In this document: in pieces, positions 13,301 through 26,160 of the stretch | How the letters are laid out: every line of letters starts with the position of its first letter | How positions within the stretch are numbered: the first letter of the stretch is position 1 | Assembly: GCA_965140935.1 (NCBI GenBank) | Contig: CBCSLL010000017.1 | Location: 225,104 to 285,799 of the forward strand | DNA: 60,696 nucleotides | Direction of reading: 5' to 3' | Origin: Rotaria magnacalcarata | Lineage: Eukaryota | Notes under the pieces: model-generated | Database searches by the model: none | The model's input: only the letters and a program-made list of their open reading frames with translations | What the model was told of the DNA's origin: nothing | Made by a program: the position numbers and the translations under genes

Positions 13301-14403
13301 GTTTTCTTATCAAAATCTTCAGTATAAAATATTGAAAAAGCAATTAAGCTAGTTGGTATTGCTGGTACGGTTTGAAATTCAGTTTGAATGTAATTCTCAT
13401 CTGGAAAACTTTCCTAACAAAATTGAATGAGATTAGATAGAAAATATTTTTCCTATGTTCTCACCGATTCATCCCAATTACTTAAAATCGTAGTATCATT
13501 CTCGTGTCGAACAGTTAATTCAAATTTGGCTTTAAAATCTGGTTCGTCAAAACATGGAAATGCTTCACGTGCATGTACTGGCTTAAAATGTGTTAATATT
13601 ATACGTGATGCACTAAAATAAAATATAAAAAATCATCAAAAACAAATTATCGCCGTTTTCCTCTACTTTAGTCCAGATGGATCGGTAGTGAATGGAACTT
13701 CAAATATGCCAGTTCCATGAAGACTTAATGCACGAAAGAATGAAATACGGACATCATACAAATTGCCAACTTGCAATTGTTCTCTTAAATGTATGGTTAA
13801 CGTTTGCGTATTAGGAAACGGTAGAACACAATCAACATTTAATGGAATATCATTTGGAGATGAACGTTGAGTAACAACAACATCTGATATGAGCATTTCA
13901 CCATGAAGAATTATATCATATGTAGATGAACGAACTTCAAGAACGATATCCACAGTACCACTGTATTCGTCTTCTCCTTCATTTAATTCAAATAATTCTA
14001 ATGTCAATTGATATTCATTAGGATAAACATTCTTTGGTAATCGACTCTGGCTCCATGGTGCGCTAGGATCAAGTGGTGTGGCACAGCAACCAAACTCGAA
14101 ACATGGTACATTAGCTTTTTTTGATGCTAAACTACGTTTCGGTCGAGAATAATAGACTTGTCTTGGTTTAGGTTCATCTGGTTTGATCAGTTCACTACTG
14201 TCGATATAACATTTAGTATCCTGAGCCCAGTACAATGACACAATTGAAACAAAGAATGCCGATGAAAGAAAAACCACGATTAATAGAGTACATATAGGTA
14301 CTGTTAAATTAACTTTTCTATGTAAAAATGATCGTTGCTGATCAATATCTCCGAGCAAGATCATATCATCTTTGCTGTTCGCCATGAAGACGTCGTTTTT
14401 CAT
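10356..14403 (-). CDS. Type II membrane M1-family aminopeptidase N-like protein with degenerate active site (predicted non-peptidase homologue); multi-exon span
   Basis: ATG at 14403. Exon 1 has a signal-anchor (ICTLLIVVFLSSAFFVSIVSLYW) followed by an aminopeptidase-N N-terminal domain (PWSQSRLPKNVYPNEYQLTLELF...YSGTVDIVLEVRSSTYDIILHGEMLISDVVV). The exon at about 12860-13010 reads SDAVSHWGFIIIHE where M1 enzymes have GAMENWGL. It is spliced to the exon at about 12720-12784, giving LILAKQLAEQ|WCGNFISFRWWTDLWLQEALANY where M1 enzymes have HELAHQWFGNLVT..WW.DLWLNEGFA. ORF 11478..12050 carries an ERAP1_C-like motif (DKDRANLINNAFLSAQT). Stop at 10356-10358. Confidence 0.8.
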
Positions 14404-15317
14404 TGTAAGAGTAACGTTGAAATATTTTCATTATAAATATACTTTAATTTATAAGCTATGTTGTAAAGATAGCGTTGCTAACCACGATTGAATTTATTAC
14501 AAGTTCGATAGATTCTTTTAGATTTCACTTCTTTTCGTCTAGAGACGATTGAATGTTGAGTGGTTTTTATGGATGTATAAAATCATTGTGAAAGTCGACG
14601 ATCATTTCATGCTTGAAAGTTTACTACCTTCAAGTCATAAAAGAAACCATTTAAGGACCTGATGATAAGAAATTGCATTTGATCATTTTAGTAAAAAACA
14701 AATGTACAATAAAAAGCATCGAATGATATTGAAGAGTATTTCGATTGCCATAAAGGATTCAACAGAGAAGACAAATCTTTCAGTATTTTCTTTGGTTTTG
14801 ATTTGCGATTTGTTTGAATAGAACCAGCTTGAAACTAGTGATTCTTGTGTTTAATTAAAATGAATCTGTTAGTTACTTTATTATTTTCTTAACAAGCTTC
14901 TTTTTAACGGTTCGGATAAAATCTATGTTTTGAATTATGTTGTCGATTTTGCAATTCGATTATCATTATCGAACCGAAAAACTATGCATTCGATATTTAA
15001 TTTGTTTCGAAAGAAACAAAAAAATTCACCTATTCGCAGTAGTTATAAAAGTCATTTTATCCTTTGCATTGGATGTTTTATTAGTCGAAAGAAAACAGGA
15101 AATTATGTTGAAGCAGTTTCCTTGATGCAATAGAAATGAATTGAATCATGTATTTAGTAGAATTTATTTTTAATAATGCATGTAAGAAATTTAACGTCAT
15201 CTAATAAGTTCTAGTTCAATCTAATTATATCTGTACAGAAACTATCTTGGATAAGCACGTATAAAAATAGAATAAGCGAAAAGAACAATATTATGTAATA
15301 TATCTGACATTGTTGAT

Positions 15318-18300
15318 TTATTCATTTTCTTCTTCATCGACTTGCTCTTCATCTTCTGGCACCTCTTCTTCAGCTTGATTTTCTTGTTGACTTGTTTGTA
15401 ATGTTCGTTGTTCATCAGGTATACTGTCCAAATTAAATCGAAAATCTCGTACAGCAGACATTTTAAATGTTTCTAATAAACGTTTCTAAAATAAAATTTC
15501 AAAAACTACGGATGAAAATGTATCGAAAACTATTCATGTACGTCTTGTTGTTTGCCTAGTTCAAGTAATGAACGTTCATATTGTTCCATTTGATAGACTA
15601 ATTTTGGTACCAATGTATCTTTAAGAACACTTTTTTTCTACAATACAAAAGAAAATATCTCTTTATTTATGTTAAAATCGTGTAAATTCAATTCTATACC
15701 TTTTTTGGATCCTTTTTATCAGTTTTTTTCTTTTTCTTCTTAACAGTTTCTTCTTCATCATCTAATTCCAAAGTCTACGAGGAGAAACAACATCAAGATT
15801 CATTTGATTTTCTATCCGTGATATAAAAAAGAAAAGTATAATTACCATTGTATAAGTCACAAATCCGTAGCAAGGTTGTTGCAATTGTGAACCGGATATT
15901 GATGCAAGTTTTTCAAATTCATCACGAATTGGTGTTTTATTTTTAATCATCTATAGAATTTAAAAACTAAAATAAAAACATACGAGAATAATTTCATACT
16001 TGACGAGTAAATTCATCAAGAATAGTATATAGTTTCGTTATTAATTTCACTATGTTAATTATTGTCATTCTATTTTTCAATCTACATTGTACAATTTGTC
16101 CGAATGTTGTTACTGAATATGATACTTGTCCACAAAAATGTGTCACTTGATCTTGTGATAATGATTGGGTTTGAATTATCCATTCAAGACTATTTATCAT
16201 ACGTTCTAATTCGACAATAAGAATATTATTTAATATAACCATATGAGTTTTTTCGTTAATTATAGCAAAATAGGGTTGATGAATAAATTGTGTCTATGAG
16301 TCAATACGACATATTTTAGAAAGTAAATTAAAACAAAATAAAGTAAATTTACATCTTCAGAAACATCTTCACATTGACCATGAATATCCATAGCAATTTT
16401 ACGAAGTAATGGTGCATGATTACTTATTTTGGATGAAAGTTTAATTAGAAGACGAACCAATGCTTTACTTAGTTGATGATCCTCTAAAATATACAGGCAA
16501 TATGAAAGATTGAGTGGATCACAAGTGTACAAATCATAGTGTTAGATTGTTATACCTTCGATAGATGTTGCAGAATTTCTCACTAAGTCTTTGAAGATTC
16601 ATTCTGAGCACGATTAGTATTTCTAGATGATGTTTAGCTCAGTAAATAGAAATGAGTGGGTCGTTTGTCAATTCTCTAAGGTTACAAAATAACTATCCAA
16701 GAAAACTTAATTTTAAATATAGCAAAAGTTTCATTCGAACAACCGAGTACTCTGAAAAAAATAAAGGAGGTTTACAGAACCCTCCGAAAAGGTTCTGTAG
16801 ATTTTCAAAATGCTCCAAATGTGTCCAAAGTCTCAAAAAAGGATAAAAATTTTGACAGAACCTTTTTTTCAGTTCTGTACAGCAAAAAAAGGTTCCGTGA
16901 GAAAATACGAAACCTTGAAGGTTCTGTACAAAACCATTAACCGTTGGTGCGTAACCCTAATGGTTCCGTACTGAACCCAATCGTTTTGTAGAGAACCTTC
17001 AAGGTTTTTTATTTTCTCACGGAACCTTTTTTTGCTGTACAGAACCTTAAAAAGGTTCTGTCAAAATTTTTATCCTTTTTTGAGACTTTGGACACATTTG
17101 GAGCATTTTGAAAATCTACAGAACCTTTTCGGAGGGTTCTGTAAACCTCCTTTATTTTTTTCAGAGTAGTAATGGAACGTATAGTTGAATTCGACTATTT
17201 TTACAAGCCGTTCACGATTGTTTTTATTTTTAATTCTAACGGACGAATCATAAAGAGCGAGAAATTCTCCATGTTCTTTGCTAATCAATAAATATGTAGA
17301 GTGATTTTATGCGGACAAAAGCATTGCTGCATCATACCGTATTTTCCTTGCATACAAGTTGAACTTGCCCATTCAGCAAATGATTGATATTCATTTCGAT
17401 CAATATGTTCGCCATCTTTTAATGCTAATTCAAGAATATCTGCAACATAAATTAATGCTTTTAAACAACTCGAGACTTTTGCTGTTGACCCATCTACACC
17501 AGCTGTTTCCATTATTTGATTGTATTCTCCTTCAATTCTTTTATAAATTGCCTAATGTATTTAATAAAAAGTAAATCTCTGGTGTTTATCGAAAGAAATT
17601 TTACTGTTTACTTTAAAACTTTCAGCAAAACGAGCTGTTTGAGGATCAGTTTGACTATAACTTATATTTGAATCAACTGCATCAGGATCACCAGACAATG
17701 CTTTCATTGCACTATCGATCATTAAAGCAGCTGCACCACGAAAATTAAGCACAATAATTTTCCATATTTCAACAATTAATTGTAAAATTTGTTCTGTTAA
17801 TATAATACTGATATCTTTTGTTACAGCTTGATATAGAATTCTATGAAATTTAGAACAATCATTTTTTGTTGTCGTTTATTATTTGCTTCTTAAACTTACA
17901 TATGAAGATCAATCAAGATCATTTGTAATTTTTCCTGTCGCATATTTTCAGCATCAAAATAATGTTTAATACCATTTGATGCAATAGAACGAAATTTCGA
18001 TAAACAACATCGCATAACATACGTACGATAGTTCATATCATCGATGAGTGCATCAATTTCAACACTATTATTTGATGCGTCAAGATCCGTATGAAACATT
18101 TTAGGCCATAGGATTGAGTGTAAAAACCTTCGTAAACATGTAAATGAAATAAGCTTGCCTGTTGTTGGTAAACGTAATTTTGCTTTTGACATTTTATCAT
18201 GAAGACGAGATTCTTGATCAATAGATTTCAAAATACTTGCAGGCGATTCTCTATAAGAAAAACAAAAAATGTCTATAATGAACGAAAGACGCTGCAGAAA

Positions 18301-21300
18301 GTGTTGTAGGATAAGACTTTTTTGCAGTCTGACTCCGTGTATTCTCAACTACAAAACCTCAGGAACGGGAAGAAAACTCTTGATCTAGGAAATAAAATAA
18401 TTTAACAACTTACGAATCTTTCATTCGCATAAATTTATATTCAATAAGAACATTACATATATCAATACAAAGTGTATACATTTGTGGACTTGTCTTATCG
18501 TCAGGTAGACCTTTAACCTAAAATTGATTGTTTCTTGTTTGCTTTGAAAATACACTGTTAAAAATAGCAACTATTTGTTAAACTTACACCAACTGAATCA
18601 GTAAATTCATCATCATCAAATAGAATAATAACTCTTTTGAAAATATCCATTGCTTTTTTTAAATAAACTGCTACGTCTGGATCGTCATCGAATATTTTCG
18701 GATTTGCTTTTAATAGACAATCGGAACGATGCAAGCAAAGGCATAAACAATGAAGTAAATGTGCCTAAGAAAAATTCATATGCTATAGTTTTATCGAATG
18801 ACAAGAAACAGATTTTCAACTTACAAATGGTTCAACAGCTTGTATTTTATCGTCACGTTCAATTAAACAAGAAGATAAATTTAATGTACATTTATCACAA
18901 ATCGGCTCGTAGTATAATGCAATCTAGATTCAAAAATAAAACTCTATTAAACATGAATCTGTATAAATCATGTGTAGAATTCTTTTTGTCGCGAGTCGCA
19001 CGATCATTTACGATTGTCTAGATCGAATAAGTAAACAGAGATTATTAAAATATTTCTATTAAGATAATTCGAGTCTCTAAGATAGATTTATTCTTCGATT
19101 GAATTTTGAGTAGAGCTAAGTATTGCTCAACTCTGTAAGAAAATATCCTACAAAATAAAAAATAAAAAAAAACGCTTTATTTACCTGAGAAATCAGCATA
19201 TCAAGAATTGGTGCCATAAGAATTGGACTTTTACAAAGAACAGGTAATAAACCCTTTGAAATAAAATTAGTTCTGACAAATCTTTCGCGTTTTATTTCAT
19301 ACTTCATAAACTGTCAATCGAACATCATATTGTTGTGTCAAACTTCGTCTTAATTGCATCAATAATTCGATACATTGTCCTTCGGTTGATCGTTGTGTCG
19401 AATTAATTGTGTTCATTTGTGTTGCACCACGCTGCAAACAAACGAAAAGTGAAAATTCTGTTTTACTCCGAAGACTTCACCGAATAAGTTTACGTCAACT
19501 AAAGAAAACATTGTCATTTGGCTAGCTTGAGCAGCTGGTGGTCGTATTAACCATTTCGCATGTTTCAATAAAATCAAATATCCATCAACAGCCATTCGAC
19601 GACAATCAAGACGACTAGAATAAATCGACTACAAACTGTAGTTTCACTCATTTCGACACTTACGGACGATACATAGCTGTGCGAAGTAATTGAAAATAGG
19701 TTTCACGAAATGGTGTATTACCACTTAATTTAATAATCGGTTTAAACGCATCAATAACATCGTGCGCTAAATCATAGCGCATTAATAAAATTTGATCGAG
19801 TCGATCTTTTAATTGTTCAGGCCATTTTACGAATCGATGACTATTTGTTTTCATGACATCGTATAATTGTTCTACAAAACACGTTTTTATGTATAAAAAT
19901 TATTTTTTGTTTTTCTTTAAAACGATACCAATAAAATGTTTAACGGTACGATCGTTTGCTTTTGCTTCAAGAATTCGATCGAATAAACGATGTATAATAT
20001 CTTCTTGAATAGATTTATGTAACTAAATATTGAATTCAGATTTTCAATAAGAAACGAAGCGGTCAAGAGCTCATACTCGAACTATATCAGAGAGCCACTT
20101 TGAAGCTAACGTTTTCAATAGTTCAATAACCGAAAATGAGGATTCATTCATTAATGTTGGTGATTGACTATATTCATCGAGTAATTGAAAACAAAACTCG
20201 ATTAAACCCGCAAGAATTAAATCGCCACCAAATAATCTGAATAGAGAAAAAGAAATTCAAACAATTGAAGTCAATAGATTTTCTCTTGGTTTTACTCTTT
20301 TTTTGCAAGTTGTAATAAATAATCTCGATAGAAATCATTATAATTTATCTTTGTAAAAAGTATGAGCCAAAAAGCTTCATTATTCTTTTCAAATGTTTGA
20401 CAAACAAGATCAAATGACGTTTTAAGTTGTTTTATAAACTAAACAAATAATATTTCTATCGGCGTCAAGAAGTTTTCATTGAATTTACTTTTCCTTTTAT
20501 TGTTCGATCTTTTGGTAGAGCAAATATAAATGCAAGACAAAATGGTGAAAATATTTTCGATACATCATTGCTCTGAATTTTCTGCATCGAAAAACAAAAG
20601 AAAATAATAATTTTTTAGATAAATAATTTTACTTTAAATGTTCTTAGTAATGTCATGCCAAGATCGGCCGATATTTCAATAGTATTTAGTATATGAACAA
20701 TACAAAGACGAATATTTGATGTATATTGTTTATTACTAGAATTAATCAAAAACAATAGATACTGCAAAATTCTTTCGCCAATTATTCATTGTCAAAGGCA
20801 AACAAATCTTAGCAAGAAAAAATTCAAATTGACATTTTAAAACGAAAGTTTTCTTATCTCTCGATAAACTAAACATCATGATATTTTAAACAAAAATAAA
20901 AGGAGAATACTTCTGGATTGCCGTTCTAATTTGCACCGTCTCATTACAATACTAATATGTCGAAGTCGATAGGACTGAATGCGCTCGTAGAAGGTATTTT
21001 TAATTTCTTTCCGATACGAGTGTTTGCTGATGAAAAGTAGAAGAACAGTAGTCTATGAACTTTTCGAGTGTGCTTCAAAAAAAGACGAATATTTATTTAC
21101 TCATATGATTTTGAATCAAGATTAATAAAATATTGTATTAAACGATCGAAAATGTATCCACTACAACTTGTTATTTCATTTTCTAAACGATTATCAACAC
21201 ATAATTGTAGAATGTTTAATACGAAAATTGGTAATTGATCAATGGATGTTTCGAAATCAATTGTAAACATAATATCAATAAATGCACGTTTTTCATTATC

Positions 21301-22488
21301 AGCAAATGGAAGTGTTCTAGAAATTGGAAACATTTTTATTATTATTATTGTTATCGATCTATTGTCGAATAATCCTATTTACTTTATCACAGCTATAAGG
21401 CTAGCATAATTGTCTTCATTCCATCTAAACAATATATATATATATATATATAATTATATAGATTACACAAAAATTGTGAATATTTTTATTTTGTTCTTAC
21501 GTTGTATTTCCTAATTGTTGAACAATAGTTTGACACATTGATGCTGCTAACGAGGAACCTGATTGAGTTTCATCTCGTTTAACTAATTGTAAATAAATAC
21601 TTCGCACAAGTTCAATCATTCTAAAATTAGAAAAAGCAAATTTCTACATAGGAAAATAATTCTCTCGTGTATTACTAACATGTCAGCACTTGCTGCTGAT
21701 TCGATAAGATTTTGAATTATTTCATGAGTAAGATCGAGTAATGCTTCCGATGATATGCTATCAAGCTGAATACAAACAAAATATAGAGTAGAACAAGAAG
21801 ATGATTTCGTTTTTCTTACATAAATAATCATAAGGCCAACAATTTTTGTAAATACAAGATGATGAACAGTTGATACTGATGATGTAACAATAATTTGAAT
21901 AGTTTTTTTAATAAATGTCGGAAGAATTGTTGGATCATTGTTTTCGTCGAGACATTCTAGATTGAAAACAAAATTCTTTCAGTCATTTTCATTGACAAAT
22001 TTTTGAGATTAATTTAAACCGTCTTCTGAATATTGCGTGAGAAACTTAACTAAATTTGAGCAAATTTTGGATGGAGATCAGTTCAAGCATTTATTCCAGA
22101 TGAGAATTAAATCAAAAATCAACTCTCTCTTCTAAGGATTTGATTGAATGAAGAGAAGGAAACCCGTCACTCGCAATATTATTCACAAGTTTGACGTTCT
22201 TTTAAGTTGACTATCTTTCCGATTGGATTATCTTGTATATCTACCTTTTAAAGATTGTTTAAAAATATCGAAAGGTCGTGATTCCGCATCATTGACATCG
22301 ATGGACGATCGAAATTTATCGATGAACTAAATAAAATAAAAACATTATATTTTCTCTCTGAAAAAGTCTAATCGAATATCGATTTGTTTTACCTTATCAA
22401 AATGACCATTAGTATTTACCGATGAATTCGTTGTTTTTTGACGTTTTGACATTGTATCATCGTTATTAAGCTGCTGTGTTCTTTTCAT
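15318..22488 (-). CDS. FANCI: FANCI-like (Fanconi anaemia group I) large alpha-solenoid protein; about 20+ exons; span
   Basis: ATG at 22488 (MKRTQQLNNDDTMSKRQKT...). The exons at 19413..19595 and the next one downstream encode LDCRRMAVDGYLILLKHAKWLIRPP...CIELLMQLRRSLTQQYDVRLTVYEVFTELSQKYP. This matches the human FANCI region as remembered ([22 protein letters not shown]...[33 protein letters not shown]). The final exon ends in an acidic tail (DEQRTLQTSQQENQAEEEVPEDEEQVDEEENE, stop 15318-15320), like the FANCI C-terminus. The call rests on recalled sequence, not a search. Confidence 0.6.
16755..17168. mobile_element. Perfect long palindrome / foldback element, about 410 bp
   Basis: The left half (aaataaaggaggtttacagaaccctccgaaaaggttctgtagattttcaaaatgctccaaatgtgtccaaagtctcaaaaaaggataaaaattttgacagaacc...) is the reverse complement of the right half around a centre near 16960. 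ORFs 16652..16846 (+) and 17070..17288 (-) share an identical 30-aa tail (EKNKGGLQNPPKRFCRFSKCSKCVQSLKKG) as an artefact of the symmetry. Located inside the FANCI-like gene, presumably in an intron. Confidence 0.7.
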
Positions 22489-23039
22489 CTAAAGAAATAA
22501 TTGGCAAATTAGATATCAAAGAAATTATCTGTATTTTTCTCTTAGATCTATGGATACGAAATACATCAGAAACGAAATTTTTAACACAATAGATTAGTTG
22601 AAATAAGCCGTTGAAATTTTCAAAGTGAATCTCTTTCTTCATTTATAAGTTGTTCGGTTACTGTCTCTGACTTTATTAGTTTCGAGGTGTTTTTCGTTAT
22701 TAACGACTTCATCACTCGATTGGTCTTTCAAATAAAACGAAAGGAACGAAAATTACTGGTTAATCTATTGTGATCAATAAGAATTATGTGACGAAGCGGG
22801 GCGTTCATACCAACATCTGTGAGAAACATCACATGAAGTCTACTGAACTTAGATAATAATACATCTATATTTATTTAAAAAATCGTAATCAAAAATTTCG
22901 AAAAAAATATTCTTAGAACAAAACGAGAAAAAGATTAAGTCACAAATGTCAGTTTCAGGGTGTGGGTGTGGGTATGAGTATGAATGCGGGTATATGTTGT
23001 CTTCTTGTACACCCACATCCTTCAAGAAACTATGTAAAT

Positions 23040-23960
23040 AGTTCCAGGGGTGGTGGAACGATCTCAGTCTTGGGTAGACTCAACTTTTGCAGTCCGAGTC
23101 AGTTAGCCCAGTGAAAAAAAAATCAAATTATGGAAGATTTCAGTAGATTATAATCGGAGTTTTCTGCACCAAAATCCAAATTATAATCCATTGAAATCTT
23201 CTAAGTCAACGATAACTTGATTTTTAGGCAAACAATAATCTTAAAAATCCAGCAAAATTTATATTAAAATCATGTATGTTTGATTAAAGTCATATAATCT
23301 GGATTTAATACGATTTTAATCAAAATCTTATCGGATTTTCAAGATTATTATTTGATCAAAAATCAAATTATCGTTGTCTTGGAAGATTTCATGGGATTAT
23401 AACTTGGATTTTGTTGCAGAAAAATCTGATTACAATCCACTGAAATCTTCTATAATTCAATATTTTTTCACTGGGAGGAAGCCAGTTAAACGTGATTTTC
23501 GTATTTTGTTTGCAACAGTGAACGCAATAGGTTTTTGTTAGACTTCCATGCGGTATAAGTGTGATTACTATCTGCTGCTATATTCTCGCGAGACAAAAAC
23601 GATCCAAATGAATATCAGAGAAAAAGTGTTTATAAATTTTTTTTAAATTCTTCAAAGATTAAAACTATGAAACACCAAAAAATGTTTTTCGATTTTGATT
23701 CTTGAAAATAAAATCACAAAAGATGCTGTTCCTTTAATACTAGTTCATACTGGGAAACATATGGAATGACCTTGCAACAACGAGAAATCTGTCACTGTCG
23801 GTAGAACATAAAAACTAAATTCTGGTAAAAGATCTTACATTTAAGTGCGCCTCCCTAAGCCTTCATCTACCTTAGTTTGAGCCTACCCAAGCTTCAATCT
23901 ATCCGAGTTTGAGTCTACTCAAGCCTACCATATCCAAATCTAGGGTAGGCTTGTGCCTAC
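23040..23960. mobile_element. Composite inverted-repeat element: inner palindrome 23107-23476 nested in outer inverted repeats (about 23060-23108 and 23860-23930), plus 22-bp degenerate tandem motifs at 23840-23960
   Basis: cccagtgaaaaaaaaatcaaattatggaagatttcagtagattataatc... (23107 onward) is the reverse complement of ...gattacaatccactgaaatcttctataattcaatattttttcactggg (to 23476). Outer arms: cttgggtagactcaacttttgcagtccgag (about 23065) and ccgagtttgagtctactcaagcctacc (about 23895). A GT-rich run (tgggtgtgggtgtgggtatgagtatg) at 22957-22998 abuts it. Confidence 0.55.
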
Positions 23961-26160
23961 TCAGGCCTAATGGCTCCGCCGCCACTGAATAGTTCAGTTC
24001 TCAGTCAGAAAAAAAGTTTAATACGAGTAGCCCTTGTCAATGTTACTCTAATTAATATCTAATAGCAATGAATGAAATACGTGATGAAGATTAATGACAA
24101 CTGAACTCGTGATTTGTTATTAGATTCATTAAATGAACAATTAATTTCTAGGAAATACAATTGATGAATGGCCCCATAAAGTGACTGTATGAAAAATAAT
24201 CAATAAAAACTCGATTTTGAGTTTCGAGTCCCCAAATAAAGCGCATGCCATCAAAGAATATGTACGTATCATTTATATGTTTTCCAGCGTAAGAAAGAAG
24301 CGGGGCTTTTCTGGACTCTTCAGAAAAAATTGGGAGAGGCAAACAGGTTTCGGAACACAGAAAACTTTGTCCGACAGGTCTCTAATGAAACCAGTTTTAT
24401 TCACTCACACAAAAATTTACTTTCATTATTGCAAGTAGCACGGGCCTATCTAATAATTGAGACACACCCACATCCTAAAGAGAAAATTGTTAAAATTCAC
24501 GGAGAAAATGAAGTTTCAGTGCACTAGAACGAATTAAAACTAAATTATAAAATAAACTCCCATCCACAGAATTAGAAACGGCTGTGAAATTTACTATACT
24601 GAGACTAGATGTTAATGACAATGATATAAATAGTATTCTACATCATTTTTCTATGTATCTGGGACGAGCAAAAGCTCATAACGTCAAAATATATATAAAC
24701 GACAACGATGATGAGGGTGACAATGAAAAATAGGCAATCTTTTGAAAGAGCATTGCTTTTGAAATTATTGATATAAACAATTGTGTGTAGCAAAAATAAA
24801 CTTGTTTCTCATCTATCTCAATTATTTGCGTGAATGTATGAAGACACAAAATAGCGAAGAAAATATTCTTCCAATTCAGTTGATAACAAAATGCTTCCAA
24901 CTTCCAGCTGAGAATACATTTATTTGACTGTAAAAATTCCTGATGCGAAAAGCCGCTTCTCTTTATCTTTGGAAGACTTTCTTCTTGAAATTTTATCTTC
25001 TCGCAGCAGAATTAAACGAAAACTATGCTTGTGCATTATTTATATAGTTTTCATCTCGTACACAACCTATCCTTTTCTTTTCATCGTCAACAAAAAAATT
25101 GAAATTCGTATTTTATTTCTCTTTTTTCTTCTTATTGTACAATTGGAAAACAAAATATCTAACGTGCTTTAATCATTTGACCTGAATTCAACTGAGAGAA
25201 TGTACCAAAGTTATCCTCTTCATTTTTGTTTTCCTTCTATTTTTCTGTGGACATCAATAATGTGTAACAAAGAAATTAATTTTTTTCTAAATCAATCAAT
25301 TATTTCCGACAAGCAATCAAATTCTTTTCGAACAGGGATATTGCTCTGGAAAGAGATATTTAACATTATAATTATTCAGAAACAATTAATGCCATTAAAC
25401 ATACATAAAAAAAAACTTGAAAAAAAAGACGTCTAAAAACTGCTTTTCATCTTGAAAGATTTCAAGTTCATATTTGCAGCATTCAAAGTAACGATACTTA
25501 CTTGGTCAAAAAATAAGAATAGTTTTCGATCAATAATGAAATGTAGTCTATGGAGAATAGTGTCTAAAGTGCAATTACAGAGATATTTTACATTTCACAT
25601 TCAACTCATATCTGTCAAATACTATTTTGAATTATTGTATACATATATCTATAATCTGTATCATATATCGTTGTTGTATCTGTCCGATTATTCAATAGAA
25701 CCAATGATTTGAATTCGATCTATTACTATTGTAATACACTAAAAGCTTTACTACTGAAGACTTCCTAATTATGAACACTCAGGTCTGACAAAGTAGTTTT
25801 TGCTTGAAATATTTTTGGATGTTTGGCTATTCTAAGTTGTGAACACTTTTTGTAGTTCCTCTTGTTATTAGAACATCTTTAATGTGAACACAAGTACAAT
25901 GTCTTGTTTAAGCGTCTTCTATTCTCTATCATTTGCTTCTTATGCACTATGAATGCATTAGATAAAAATAGATAGTCGGAAGTTTGTTCAGAATTAATGC
26001 AGGATCAGATATTATCTAGGTTTTTCTTCATGCCACAGCAAACTGTATATTGTCTCTCTAAAATGAGTGTCTCCGTATAGGGAACGTTTTTAAAAAGTGA
26101 TGAAGGTGTTCACAATAGAGAGGTTCATTGTAGTGTCAAAGCAACTAATCATTTTCACTA

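Noticed and set aside
16652-17288. ORFs 16652..16846 (+) and 17070..17288 (-) sharing an identical 30-aa C-terminus, which looked like a duplicated small gene
   Set aside because: Both read through the two arms of a perfect palindrome, so the identical peptides are a geometric consequence of reverse-complement symmetry, not coding evidence. The same holds for ORFs 29706..29942 and 30536..30739 (shared YIPGVPKVPLNKK).
15318-22488. Initial identification of the large minus-strand gene as NOC2L (nucleolar complex protein 2) based on a shared VEQLYD word and an acidic tail
   Set aside because: The matching blocks occur in opposite N-to-C order relative to NOC2L. A far longer collinear match to the FANCI helical region was found instead.
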